Both the position numbers and the translations under genes were made by a program. The notes under the pieces were generated by a model that was given only the letters and a program-made list of their open reading frames with translations, ran no database searches and was not told where the DNA came from. A stretch of 55,809 bases of DNA, counting the filler, from Sphacelaria rigidula (Eukaryota): NCBI GenBank assembly GCA_964200075.2. It is 5 parts of 5 records of this genome, joined end to end, with 100 filler letters (N's around TTAATTAATTAA, not from the genome) between each part and the next. Parts side by side here need not be neighbours in the genome. Positions count along the whole stretch, not along the records: positions 11,185 to 22,267 come from CAXNAA020005416.1; positions 22,368 to 33,449 come from CAXNAA020005417.1; 3 more parts are not named here. The stretch is one strand, 5' to 3'. Shown piece after piece: positions 12,393 through 24,451 of this stretch (positions are counted from its first letter, which is position 1; each line of letters starts with the position of its first letter).

Positions 12393-13715
12393 TGCAAACA
12401 AGAAGAGACTCCAAGGCTCCGTGTTTCGGTGTCTCCATGCGTGGGGTGCCGTGAAAAACTCTGTGCTTTGGGCAGTCGGTTCTATCGGTCTTTGCCGTAG
12501 TGAGTGCAGCAGCAGGTATCCCCCGAAACATGTTGAGTAATTGTGGGGTGAATACTCGAAATACCCTGCAGTATTCAGTTTTTGACGTAATTTGGAAATC
12601 CGTAGCACCTGGGTTATCGTACGGTACGGTACCCTGACCCACACGTACGCCGTTAGTACTGATTCTTGTACTGATAAAATTCTTTCCTATTACAATGTAA
12701 TGCGCTGTGCCGTGCTGGTGTTTGTCGTCAGCCTCAACTATAAATTGCTCATGATTGAGGGAGAATACTGTATAGGTAATGACAGAACCATGTTGTACCA
12801 ACTGCACTGTAGAGATATGTTAATAGCAATGCATGTCAAACTGTGCTGTTGGCATTATCATTCAAAGTAAGATATCGTGTGTTGTGAGATGTTTCGTGTA
12901 CACGAAAATGGCTATTTTGGCAGGGAGGGGCACTGTGATCAGGAAATCAAGACCATAGTCGATGAGATGAATGGATAAAATGTTCGCCTGCTGCAGAAAA
13001 TATATGCGGGTTCGGATTCCGGCATGATCAGTGGAAGTGGAATGTTGACGTATGAATAGTGGGGCCTGCGAGGGGCTCGACGATCGAGGACTCCGGAGAT
13101 CATTGATGTATTGTGCCGGGGGTGGACCACGCAGCACATCAGTTGTTCAGGAAGCGAAGGTTTCGCCCATTAAACCAGGGAGCATTCACTGGTTCAATGG
13201 GTGAAATCGTTGCTTCCTAAATATATACACCTTGCCGTATTCTCACTGGTTGCAGCATGTTATAGGGGCCATAATGTCGTCTGACACGTACGCCGTATAC
13301 CATGCTTCGAATATCCTAATCTTGTGCACAAGAGAGACGCGTGACTGAGTGGTTCCTGCGCTGATTACTATGCTTGACATGAATTCATATTTTATAGTAA
13401 CCCATTGGTCGTACCGTAGACTATTTCTTGAATTCGCTGTGGCAATTCACTCGTATTTGAACTGTAGCTTGAGATGTGACAATGCCTATGCATAGGACAG
13501 AAGACGAGGGGTTGCACGCAGATATACATCGGCAGTCGAGATTAGACGGATCATACGCTCTGTAGGACGGATATAAAATTTCGTGCGTGTTTGCTGCCGA
13601 TTATGATACTACAGTATGGGACGATATCTGGATAACGTTGCTCGATGTTCCCTGAACTCTGAAGTACATCACGTCTATCGCTACCCGTGCATCCACGGTC
13701 TTGTTTGAACACCAG

Positions 13716-15482
13716 TACTTTGGCATAGTCGGTGGAGCATTGGCGGTGATGACCAAAGTTGACCAGCTGGAGTCGAGAAGAGCGACGGCCCCGATACTCT
13801 CCCAAAGAGCACCATCGACGGCCTACCCGCACTCGAGCGAAGGTGGAGACGGCGCTGAGGAGACGACCGCAAATACCCGCCGGCAGTACCGCCACCGTAG
13901 AAGGAGATGGACAACCGAGAAGGTCTCGGAGAGTCAAAATCTCGATATACGTTCACAAACTCCAGTGTCGTACGTGAACTCTAGTGAGCCGCACAATCGA
14001 GCATCAACCGCAGTGGAGCCGCCTAAGATAACCCCAGTTGAAGGTCCGACACCACCGCCGTGGGAGGAGTCTAAATTACGGGCGGTGACACACGGTGCCG
14101 TCGAAGATAACAACGTGGGCGTCGATGACCATGGAGATCAATCAACGGCCCCATCGATCGATTCACACGGGACATGGGGGAGTGAACTGATGGCTTTATC
14201 CGGTGTAGACATTCAGGGCTGTGAATCTGCACGAATGGTCGACGGTAAGTTTGACTTTAAAATTGTACACGGGAGAGCGACGGAATCGATCAAGAGGGGT
14301 GATGGCGCTGACGGTGACCAAGACGGACAGATGTCACCGTCATTATCCTTTTCGAGTCTCGCACTCGAGGATAGCTCGCGGGCGTCAATGCCCGGAGAGA
14401 GCAACGACGAAAGATCGACAGAAAAAACGGTAGAGAACATAGCTTCGCCAGAGATGGTGGTACGACTATGCGGCAGTGAGCGTGAACACGAACACTCGCA
14501 GCCACTGGAATCAGAAGCAGCGGCGGCGCCTGTGATGCCTGGAAGGACGACAACAGGGAAGAATACGACTTCAGAAAGAAAGGATGGTACGCTTGGTTGC
14601 ACAGCATCGCGACAACATAAGAAAGCGAACACGTGCGTTCTCGGTGTTTTCGACGAGACGCAGCAGACTCTTGGTTTCGGCTCCGAGCTGCCCAGACCAC
14701 AGCCACAGCTGTACGACATCTGGATTCCTCGGCAATACTTCCAGGGAAAGGCGCTCACACCTGCCACAAGGAAAAATGAGAATAAGGAGGTCAATGTTCC
14801 AGCCGCATCTGCGAGGGTCCAAAAGAAGATACGCAGTGCGATCGAGGTGGCGAGCATGGCTGTGGGTGAAGCAGCCAGCCCGAACCACTCCGATGTCCGA
14901 GAATCCACTTCGCGCGGAGGAAGTGGCAATGTGGATTGCGGTAACCGCCACGAATCACAGGATTACACACAAGACGCAGGAAACGGCGACGAAGCCAACT
15001 CCCCGGCGCTAGAAAGGCCTGTTCCCCCTGCAGTCCCCACCACAGCCCGTGAAACGTGCGGCGATAAGAACCCACATGTTCCATGGTCTCCGAGCACGCG
15101 CAGCGTGGCTGACGGAAAAGTCGAGGTCGAGGTGCCTGACAAAGACGCCGATCTCGCACCGTCTGCTCCTTCCTTGCACCTGAATGTAGCCTTAATGGAA
15201 AACGAACAATGTGTCAAGGAGAAGCGACAAGGATACGAGTTCGGGAGCGACGGTTGCAGCGGCCTCGGTAATCGCGACGGAAACGGCGGAGGTGGTCGCA
15301 GCGCCAGTGATAGTGCGGGTGGGGGCAACGTGCGTGGGGTCGGAGGCGGGATCTTTGACTTCGCGACGAAATTCTCTTGGCGGACGGTCGCAAATACGAC
15401 CAGCAAAATGATGCGAGATGGAGAAGCATCGCGGAAGGAGTTGAACAATGATGAGGTGCGAAACCGTGGCATTGATTTATGG
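13716..15482 (+). CDS. Large internal exon of an unidentified host gene (low-complexity, S/G/E/A-rich)
   Basis: Lies in a 621-codon open frame, with acceptor ttgtttgaacaccag|TAC in phase 0 and probable donor TGG|gtgcgt (alternative GAG|gtgcga at 15455). No domain identified. Confidence 0.65.
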
Positions 15483-16118
15483 GTGCGTGAACCGCAAACT
15501 TATCGGTGCTTCACCAGAAACTGCACAATACTCCAGTACCGCTTTTGTTCGGTAATTGATGATTAATCCGGGCAACTCGTGTTCATTAAATAGGACATGC
15601 CGCGCGAGAATTAGCAAATGAGGTAGGAAACGAAGGAAGTGAGCTAGGATGGGTACTCCATCTCCTTGTTTGTCACCATTACGGGCGTTTGGCGGATACA
15701 CCGTGCACCCATACGCCGTCGGCCACATGCTCTTTCCGCAACACGATATCTTACAACAGCCCGATAGCTGACTGATGATGAATATCCTCCCTTGGACCGT
15801 TAGAACTATGACAATTACTCAGTGAGACCTGACCATACCATTTTTCTGTGCACTGTGAGTGCCGCACGAGACAATACTTTTGTCGAGATAAATACAGTAC
15901 ATGCTACTATTTGCTGTCGGCGTGCTCGAGCACCATCTTCCTTTTCTCTACTAGTTTCATGAGAATATGATGGCGTACATCAATTGGGTTTCTGCTTGAC
16001 AGGCTTACCGAGATCTTGGCTAACGTGATTGCTCCTTCTATATTCTCCAATACACGGATGTCCTCTCCCTTCATATCTGATGAAACAAATCCCTGTACTT
16101 CATGCACACACATGGCTT

Positions 16119-16338
16119 TGTGACGAAAATACGCCGTACGTTGAGTTGGTAGTGATGAGATGGATAATGACCGGGGACACGGAGATGGTATCTGCAGGTC
16201 TAGAAAGCTGGTGCCCTTCCAGGATACTCCTGAATAAGGAGAACGTTGTAAACGCTGACAACTGAAACTGAGGCCAGTAAGACTGGGGAGTCCCTCAACA
16301 GCAGTGATCCAACAGTGCTTCCACTGGCTGGCGTCACA
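16119..16338 (+). repeat. 5' LTR
   Basis: tgtgacgaaa...ggcgtcaca, about 90% identical to 21747-21965 by manual alignment. Confidence 0.95.
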
Positions 16339-16635
16339 ATATCGATATTAGTGCTAGTACTAGTGTTAGTGCTAGAAACAAAGGATTTCGGTAGGAGTCT
16401 GGGAGCTGTGGAAACACGATAACCCACGGACGCGTGGAGAGGGTTCCGGCTGAGGCAGCTCCAGAAAGGCGGCTGGTCTGTGATTGATCCAGACTGGAGA
16501 CTTGCTGAAGCTGCGTGCAGCGGGAGTTTGGAAGCTCCTACGACTGTGTGGTGCGGCGACGAAGCACGGAAAGTGCAGTTCGCGAAGGTCCGCTGGCCTA
16601 AAGAGGTTCGCAGGTAGCCGGTTACAGCTACAGCT

Positions 16636-19600
16636 ATGGCTACCGGCTCACGACGTACATCCACCGTGACACCCGTGGTCATGCGGGAAGAATTGCGACC
16701 TCCCCGATACGGGGACAGGTACTCAGAGAGTGCATCTTGCACTTTTTATACCAAAGACTTAGAGTACAAGAGGCGTGTAGAGCACGCTAATGCAGGGGGT
16801 GCTGTGCGGCATCAGGTGGTAACTATGGCACAACAAGTTCCGACTCATGTACCGATAGTGTTCGCTCGTTTGGAACATAACGAGAGCACCGTCACCTCGC
16901 CACAATTGGTTGCGGCGATCAAAAAGCATGCTGGGCATGCGGCGGGCGCCGAGGTAGATCTGACTCAAGCGGCCGCGGCCGTGGCGAAAGCTGTCGCAAT
17001 GGATTCTCGGGGGAAAACGATGTTTGAGCGTGTGGAACCCATCTTGGCTAATTTGGAGAAGTACTTCACGGGAAATCCCAACGTCAAACTAGTATATCGT
17101 TCCCCCGATGGTGAGTTCATTTCCGGCCCGGCAGCAGTAATCACTAAGGCTTTGGTGGAGGGGTTGGCATCGGAACATTTCAAGCAAGCCGTGCTTGTCA
17201 AGCTACAGCACCAATCAGATTGGAAGGACGACCCGTACTTGGTGATGAGCACCGTCGTGGCCGAGGCCAAGGAGTGGCGGAAATAGAGGTGTTCGGTCAG
17301 TCGTCCACCTCTTCGTCGAAATCTTTGCGCAACCATGGCTCGAAATCGGCTGGTCGCGCCGCGAGTATTACTTGCCATCGCTGTGGCCAGGTCGGCCATT
17401 ACGCGCGCGATTGTCCAACGTCTTCCGGTGGAGAGTCTGGGCGGTCTAGTGCCGCGCGCCATCAGCATCGTCAGCACTAGGGCAAAAGACGAGGTAATCG
17501 TGGTGGCAGCGGCGGATCCTCCGGCGATGGAGGGTCACAGGCAAGCCCTCAGCAGCAGCCACAGCAGCAGCCGCAGCAGCAGCCGCAGCAGCAGCCGCAG
17601 CAGCAGCAGCAGGGGCAGCGGCGTCAGCATGTGCCTGGTTCTGGGTCCGGCGCCGCCGTAGGTGCTGCTGCTCCGCAGCGGGCGGTGCAGGTGGGTCCCC
17701 CTTCTACAGAGGCGAACACTGCGCCGGCGCCGGTGGTGGCGCCGGCGGTGACACCGGCAGCAACGCCAGGCGCGACGCCGGTTGACGCGCTGGTCGGAAG
17801 GTCGCCAATTTTTTGGTTTGCTGGCTGGGGGGCGTACCCGCCGGCGGTGCCGTTTGAACCTGCCGGGGCGTCTTCGTCTGCGTAGCTTGCGCAGCCGTGA
17901 CGTCAAGTGGGATTAGCGGCGCATGGGTCAGCGGAAGAACTTCCCGTGGAGCTTGCCGGCAGATACATTCCGGCGGAGGTATGTCTTCCAAATCAACGGC
18001 AGCGTGGAGCCATTGTGGTTCGGTCTGTGTTGGATTCTGGCGCCCATTTCACTAGTCTGCCGGTGCAGATGGTTGAGATGCTCGAGCGACAACTCCCGGG
18101 TGTGCCGCTGCGCATCCCGTTTTCGCTCGGGGCGCGGCAGGCAGTCACGGCGTCAGGTCAGCATGTTTCAGTCGCGGAGCATACTGTTCGGTTGCAGCTA
18201 GCCTTCAAGACTGCTTGGGGGCTGGCGCCGTTGCCTCCGATCTCGTTTGCGATTATGCCAGGGTCGGATGGCGTTGTTCTTCTGGGGCTGCCGACGCTGC
18301 AGGATCTAGGAGTCGACCCGTATGAGCGGTGGAAGGACTCCATCAAGACGCGGATGTCTCCGCCTGGTCCGCACGTGGAGACGCCCGCCTTTTGGGGCAG
18401 TCGTCGCGTGAGCTTGTCGGAGGATGCTTTTCAGGAGGCTGGGGGGCAGGTGACCGAGGAGCGCAATGCGGCGGTGGAACGCTTAGTAGAGCGCGGCCCG
18501 GATATGTTCATGGACCCGGCGGAAGAGGAGTCCGAGCGGAAGGTCGCGCTGGAGGAGAGCGTGACGGATGCTGTGGCGAAAGGCCTCAGCGCCTCAAAAG
18601 CGGAGCGCCTGCGCGGCATATTGAAACTCTGCGTCAACGCGTTTCGTCGTGCGCTGCGGGGTGATCCCCCTGCGCGCGCGGAGCCCATGCGTGTTCAGCT
18701 GAAACCTGGGGCACCCGTGGTGAAGGCGAAGCCGCGGCGGTACGATCCGGTGAAGTCGAGCTGGTTGGCGTCGTGCATAGCGGCTCTTTTGGCACTTGGG
18801 TTGGTAGTCCGGAACCTGCAGGCGGTATGGTCCAGTCCGGCGATGGCGGTTCCCAAGAAAGACTCGTTTCGCCTGGTAAGCGACTACAAGACTGTAAATG
18901 ATCAGGTTGAGAAGTCGCCGGGTGTGATGCCCAATCAAGAGTCGGACATGCGTGATCTCTTGAGTGCTCGTTTTTTTGTAAGTTGGACCTCCTTCAAGGT
19001 TATTGGCAGATGCCGTTGGCGGAGGAGGCGCAGGAGATTTTCACAATCACGACCCCGGTAGGCTTGTTTACCCCGAAGCGAGTACCGCAAGGCGTGTTGA
19101 ATGCCACGACATATTTTCAAGGTATCATGGCAGAACTGCTTGTCGGCTTGAAATGCAAGATATGGGTGGATGGTGTTTTTTTTTTCGCGGATACGGAAGA
19201 CGAACGTTTAGACACGCTTGATGCTATCTTGGCCCGTTTAGAGAATGTTGGTTTGTTTGCGGCGGCGCACACATGCACTTTCTTCCTAGTGAACTCGTAT
19301 GGTGTGGGAAGGTGTACTCACACGGACGCGTATCTCATGACCCTGTCAAATTGCAAGGCTATGCGGCGCCCGGAGACGGCCGCAGAACTCATGCAATTTC
19401 TGCAGGCCGTGACCTGGCTGCGTACCTCGTTGCCGCGTATGGCAGAAACCGTAGCTCCCTTGCGTTTTTCCCTCGAAGAACTCATGGCGGGTGCTGCAAG
19501 GCGGACGAAGCGTGTTGCAAAAAACCGCGCTATTCCGCCTGCATCGTGGACAGAGGGTAGGCTGTAGGCATGGGCGGCAGCGAAGGATCTGGTGGCTCAC

Positions 19601-21672
19601 GCCGTGACGCTGTTCCATTCTCGTCCTGATCGTCAGGTGCTAATGTTTCCGGATGCATCTGAGTGTCATTGGGGTAGTTCCGTTACGTCGGTGCCTAAAG
19701 CGGAAATGCAAAGACACCTGCCAGTTGAGGACATGACGCATGAACCGCTGGCTTTCCTTAGTGGTAATTTTAAGGGTCTGCAGTTGCGTTGGGCCACAAT
19801 TGATATGGAAGGTTTTGCTATCGTAAGCACTTTCCGTCGTTTGGAGCATCTTTTGTGGGATGGCGTGCACATTTTTACGGATCACCGAAATTACGTGTAT
19901 ATTTTCAACCCGAAAGCGTGCGTTATGTCTGTGTCGAAAGCATTGGCACAACGTTTGGCGGGTTGGAAAGCTGTTCTTGGCCATTACCGTTACTCGATTT
20001 GCCATATTTCGGGTGAGCGTAACGCGTGGGGTGACCTGCTTTCGCGGTGGGTGAATATTCCGGCTTTGCCTGCGCGCGCTGTGTCTGTGTATGGTCCGTG
20101 TGAACCTGATGACTCGATGCCGTCCAAACCCGTTGTCTGTCAAGCGCACAGAAAAGACCTTGGGGCCGAAGATGCGGATGTGCAGTCTTTTGAGTCGGAC
20201 GTTGGTACTGCTATCTTGGACAATGAAGGTCTGTTTCGTGTGCATGTGCGTGTCCGAAACGTTTTGTGGATTCCGAGTTCTGACAAGCAGTTGCAGGTAC
20301 GTCTGATGATTTGCGCGCACATGCGCGACGCTGGGCATCGTGGTGTGACTGCGACGCTCGTGCGCTTGCAAGAGTTTTGTGTCTGGCAGGGGATAGAAAC
20401 TCATGTGCGCGAATTTGTCCGTCAGTGTCTTCACTGTGTTGACTCGAGGGCGGGCAATCTTGTTCCCCGCCCGCTCGGCGAAACGGTCCATGGGACCACG
20501 CCGAATGAAGTCGTTGATTTTGACTTCTTGTACGTAGGCGAGAGTGGCCCGCTAGCTTCCCAAGGTTTGTCGGATGATGCTGGGTTTCGATACATTTTGG
20601 TAATCATGGATGATTCGAGCAACTTTGTGGCTCTGGAACCAAAAGCAGTGTGTACTGCTGAATCGACCGCTGTAGCTTTGCTGGATTGGTGCAAAACTTT
20701 GGGGGTGCCCCATGTGTGGGTGAGTGATACCGCTACGCATTTCAAGAATACGATCTTGGCCCGATTGCGGGAGGCTTTGCGAGTTGATCACCAGTTTGCG
20801 GTAGCGTATTCTCCGTGGTCTAACGGTACGTGCGAACGCATGGTCAACGAAGTCGTTCGTGCTCTTCGCTCTATTCTTCTCGAGCAGCGTAGAGCGGTTT
20901 CCGAGTGGGTGGACGTGTTGCCGGCGGTGGAATGGGCGCTTAATACAGCGTATCGTCGTCGTTACGGTAGTACGTCGTACCACGTGATGTTTGGTCGTGC
21001 TCCTCGGACGTCTTTCTCGGTGCTGGCGTCTTCGTCGGCGGAGGAATGGAAGTGTGATGTTTTGGACGATGTTTGAATTCAGAGTGCGTTGCAAGGAGTC
21101 TTGGACTTGCAAGAGCGTTTCCACGTTCAAGTGCAGGAACGTGTTGCCGCTGAACGTGCGCGTAGACGTGAGGGGTCCGCGTCGGGGCTGGAATTGCCGA
21201 ATTTGAGGTAGGCGACTATGTCTTGTATGCACGCGTGCGTCGTCCGGGTGTTACGCCCAAGTTGATGGCGACATGGACTGGTCCATGGAGAGTGGTTGAT
21301 GCTCACCACCCACACGTGTTTGAGATTCAGAACATTGTTTCGGGTCGTGTTCAGAAGGTCCATGTAGCTCGTTTGCATTTATATACAGACTCGCAGCTTG
21401 ATGTTACGGCTGACGTCAAGGACGTGTTCCAGTATGCTTTCAATCAGGGGCAATTTCAGACGACTGGTATTATCCGAGTGGCAGAAGCAGATCATTGTTC
21501 GTTGATCGTGTTGGTCGACTGGGTTGATTTCGAAGTTGAGGAGCGTACGTGGGAGCCTTTCAAGGACATTCTTGAGGCCGCTCCGGAATTCCTTACGAAG
21601 GAGTCGCGTAAATCGCGCGTGACTCGTGCCGTTGCTGCTCGCATTACGAGTGAGTTTGGTATTCAATTGTGA
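16636..21672 (+). pseudogene. gag-pol polyprotein with stops and frameshifts
   Basis: Gag knuckle CHRCGQVGHYARDC; protease VLDSGA; RT DLLQGYWQ, PQGVLNA and WVDG (mutated xxDD); RNase H DAS..E..TDHRN..D; integrase HHCC, DFDF, SDTATHF and NGTCER; GPW motif; chromodomain LVDWVDFEVEERTWEP. Confidence 0.93.
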
Positions 21673-21746
21673 CTTACTCATCGTTTTGGCGTTTTCTATG
21701 TTTCAAGCTTGTTGATCGAGTTTCGTCTAACGCGCTTTGGGGGTGC

Positions 21747-21965
21747 TGTGACGAAAATACGCCGTGCGTTGAGTTGGTAGTGATAAGGTGAATAATGACC
21801 GGGGACACGAAGATAGTATCTGCAGATCTAGAAAACTGGTGGTCTTCCAGGGTACTCCTGAATAATGAGAATGATGTGAAGGCTGACAGCTGAAACTGAG
21901 GCCAGTAAGACTGGGGAGTCCTTCAACGGCAGTGATCCAACATACTTCCACTGGCTGGCATCACA
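21747..21965 (+). repeat. 3' LTR
   Basis: tgtgacgaaa...ggcatcaca, followed by the TSD gctt. Confidence 0.95.
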
Positions 21966-22267
21966 GCTTTCACCACTTCGTCTTCCATTATGAAGTGCTC
22001 CGCTTCCGTAATTTAGAATGTGAGGCATTTCTGTGCCTTGAAGGGCCATGCTACAGGTGATCTACCGCACAAGACCGCGGCACTCGATACCGATCGCCTC
22101 GTCGTGTCTTCTCGACCACAGTCCGCATCTACATAACTTTCGTCGTTATGCCCACGTCGAAGTCTGCGGGACACGTTAGCCCTAGTTGCGTCGTGGGGGT
22201 GTACTCATGACCATGCATGCCATAGTCATCAGACCATTGACCTCGCATCCATACAAAGCCGGGACGG

Positions 22268-22367
22268 NNNNNNNNNNNNNNNNNNNNNNNNNNNNNNNNN
22301 NNNNNNNNNNNTTAATTAATTAANNNNNNNNNNNNNNNNNNNNNNNNNNNNNNNNNNNNNNNNNNNN
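22268..22367. other. Artificial scaffold linker
   Basis: N44-TTAATTAATTAA-N44. Confidence 0.97.
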
Positions 22368-22427
22368 CTGCAAGGGTGTGGTGGGGGGGGTGGGGGTGCT
22401 CCCTGTTCGGGCGCCTCAAAGAGTGGG

Positions 22428-22430
<3 letters not shown>

Positions 22431-22479
<49 letters not shown>

Positions 22480-22629
22480 CGACTTGGGCTTTGCCATCGA
22501 CATTACACAGTATCGTGTTGCTTCCCTCTCGCACCCCCTCCCCCACATCCCTTGTGGATGCAAGTGAACAGAAATCCCTCAATTTTGCGAATGAAAAAAA
22601 TCGTGTGTAACTTCGTGTGTAATGTGAAG

Positions 22630-22689
<60 letters not shown>

Positions 22690-22765
22690 TTAGCAACAAC
22701 AGCAGCCTAACCCTAACCGTAGCCCTAGCCCTAACGCTAACGCTAACGCTAACAACAATAACAAC
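22431..22765. repeat. Poly-G run (22431-22478) and compound microsatellite (CAA)n/(CAGCAA)n grading into CCCTAA/CGCTAA hexamers
   Basis: Read directly from the sequence. Confidence 0.9.
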
Positions 22766-22797
22766 ACAGCACTTACTCTTTGCAGGTGCATCATAAT

Positions 22798-24451
22798 CGG
22801 AGCACTCAACGTTACACGATACACGTCACGTCACACTTCTGACGTCTCAAAGGATATTCCGTCACGTCACATTACATTTTCAAAATTTTACATCACGTCA
22901 CGTCACACTTGTGACGTCTTGAAGAACAAGACGTTAAGTCACGTCACATTGGAGTATTTTTAAACGTTCATATGTGACCTGTGACGCAATGTAAGACGTT
23001 ACATCGGTGACGTGTCTCGTCATTTGTAACGTTACATTTCGACCGTGTTAAGTGCAATTTAACGCCGAAGTACGTTCGATGTTGATTTGATTGATCGATC
23101 GATTGATTGATTGTCGCACTTCAACAGGCCCCCCAGGGATTTAGCCGTGGTCGTATGATAGACGTACCCGAGACAAAACGTTGTAATAATGTTTTATGTA
23201 ACGTAACTTTCTACGGGAGATTCACGGTGGCTGCCTGGGTCGAGCATGAGGCGCGTTCTGAGCGCTATTCTGACATTGTAACGGTGCTTTTTTAGCAAGT
23301 CTATTGTCCATGCGTCCCTGACTCTCACGTTGCAAAATCAAAGAAATCTATTCATACATTCTTGATGGCGTGATAATAAGATAATGAGACTTGAAGATGC
23401 GCGCAGGTCCCATGATGTTTACATACAAACGCAAGTATGTACAGATCATCCGCTAGTGATACATGGTAGTCGGTTCGCATTCATAGAACATCGAAACAAA
23501 GCAATCTGGTTTACATTGTCAAAATTGATTGCTCACTCAGCAGGGCATGTATGTGAATATATTCTGGTACTACTACACATAAACTGACGATCCGCTATGA
23601 ACCCAGTCGCATCCGCAGGGCGGACGTCATCAAGGTAGAACCACGTCATGGCCATATTGTGCCGAGAACAGGAGCAAAAACTAACACAAAACCGCTGAAA
23701 TAGAAAAACACGGCAGAGAGACAAGAAGAAAACAACATAAAACCCAAATAAATCAAGAACAACAGTACAAAACAGCAGTAGAGCCATCATCTCTGGCAAC
23801 GAGGTCACAACCTCGCTTTACCCTTCGTCACGTCGCATTTGTGACTTCTTAAAACAATACGTAACGTTTGTGGCGTGTAATGATAGTGTGACGTGTAACG
23901 TAAGTGCCCTGAGAAATCCGGAAATTCGAAACTTGTACTTCGGATTTTCGATCTTCTCTTTTAAGTTTGCAGATACTCACGTGTTCTATGATTGGGTGTG
24001 GTGCCGTGGTGCATGGGGTGGCGCTGAACGTGTGCTTACATCGCGTGCATATTATGATGACGTACGACCACTCTTCTTGAATTCATATATCATATCATAT
24101 CATCCATCACATGTATGGACATGTATGTGCCCACGACTCTTGAACTAATTGCAGTACAAGTTAGGCGTATGATGTTTGTGACGTTCATTTAGACGTCACA
24201 AACATGTAACGTACATAATACGTCACACGTCATAAGAAGCGTTTCAAAATACGTTGACGTGATGTTTCAGTAATCATACGTCACATCTCATCACAATTTT
24301 CAAAAGCCACGTCACGTCACGCCACATTTTTGACGCCTTAACAAAGTACGTCACGTCACATCACGTCACGCCTTTGTGAAGTGACGTTTGTGACGTGTAA
24401 CGATAGTGTCACGTGTAACGATAGGGTCACGTGTGACGATAGGTGGCCCTG
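22798..24451. mobile_element. Non-autonomous TIR element(s) with dense GTCAC/CGTCA subterminal repeats, hAT-like
   Basis: Left end cggagcactcaacgttacacg is an imperfect inverse of cgtgtaacgtaagtgccctg (ends 23911) and of gtgacgataggtggccctg (ends 24451). Clusters of cacgtcacgtcac lie near the ends. No 8-bp TSD found. Confidence 0.55.

Larger units (their letters stand above)
16119..21965 (+). mobile_element. Full-length decayed Ty3/Gypsy LTR retrotransposon with an integrase chromodomain
   Basis: Two TG...CA LTRs of 220 and 219 bp, 4-bp TSD GCTT (16115-16118 and 21966-21969), a G-rich PPT-like tract before the 3' LTR, and domain order gag-PR-RT-RH-IN-chromo. Confidence 0.97.

Noticed and set aside
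13716..13770. YFGIVGGALAVMTKVD as the end of a VPS9 domain
   Set aside because: The resemblance is superficial, and no upstream VPS9 exons (GADD..P motif) were found.
17284..17286. Programmed readthrough or frameshift at the gag TAG
   Set aside because: Copy 2 has one more A here and reads through in frame (EWRKIEVF), so the stop is a decay mutation.
19640..21232. Long antisense ORFs over pol (283 and 226 aa; also 30773-31651)
   Set aside because: They are shadow frames of GC-rich retroelement coding sequence with no recognisable motifs.
22312..22710. Poly-Pro, -Gly, -Leu and -Thr ORFs (also the Cys/Val-rich ORFs at 46350-47099)
   Set aside because: These are translations of homopolymer and microsatellite tracts.
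22810..24440. CRISPR-like array from GTCAC repeats (also the ACAGAAC repeats at 32.4-33.4 kb)
   Set aside because: There is no constant repeat length or regular unique spacers, no cas genes, and the context is eukaryotic.
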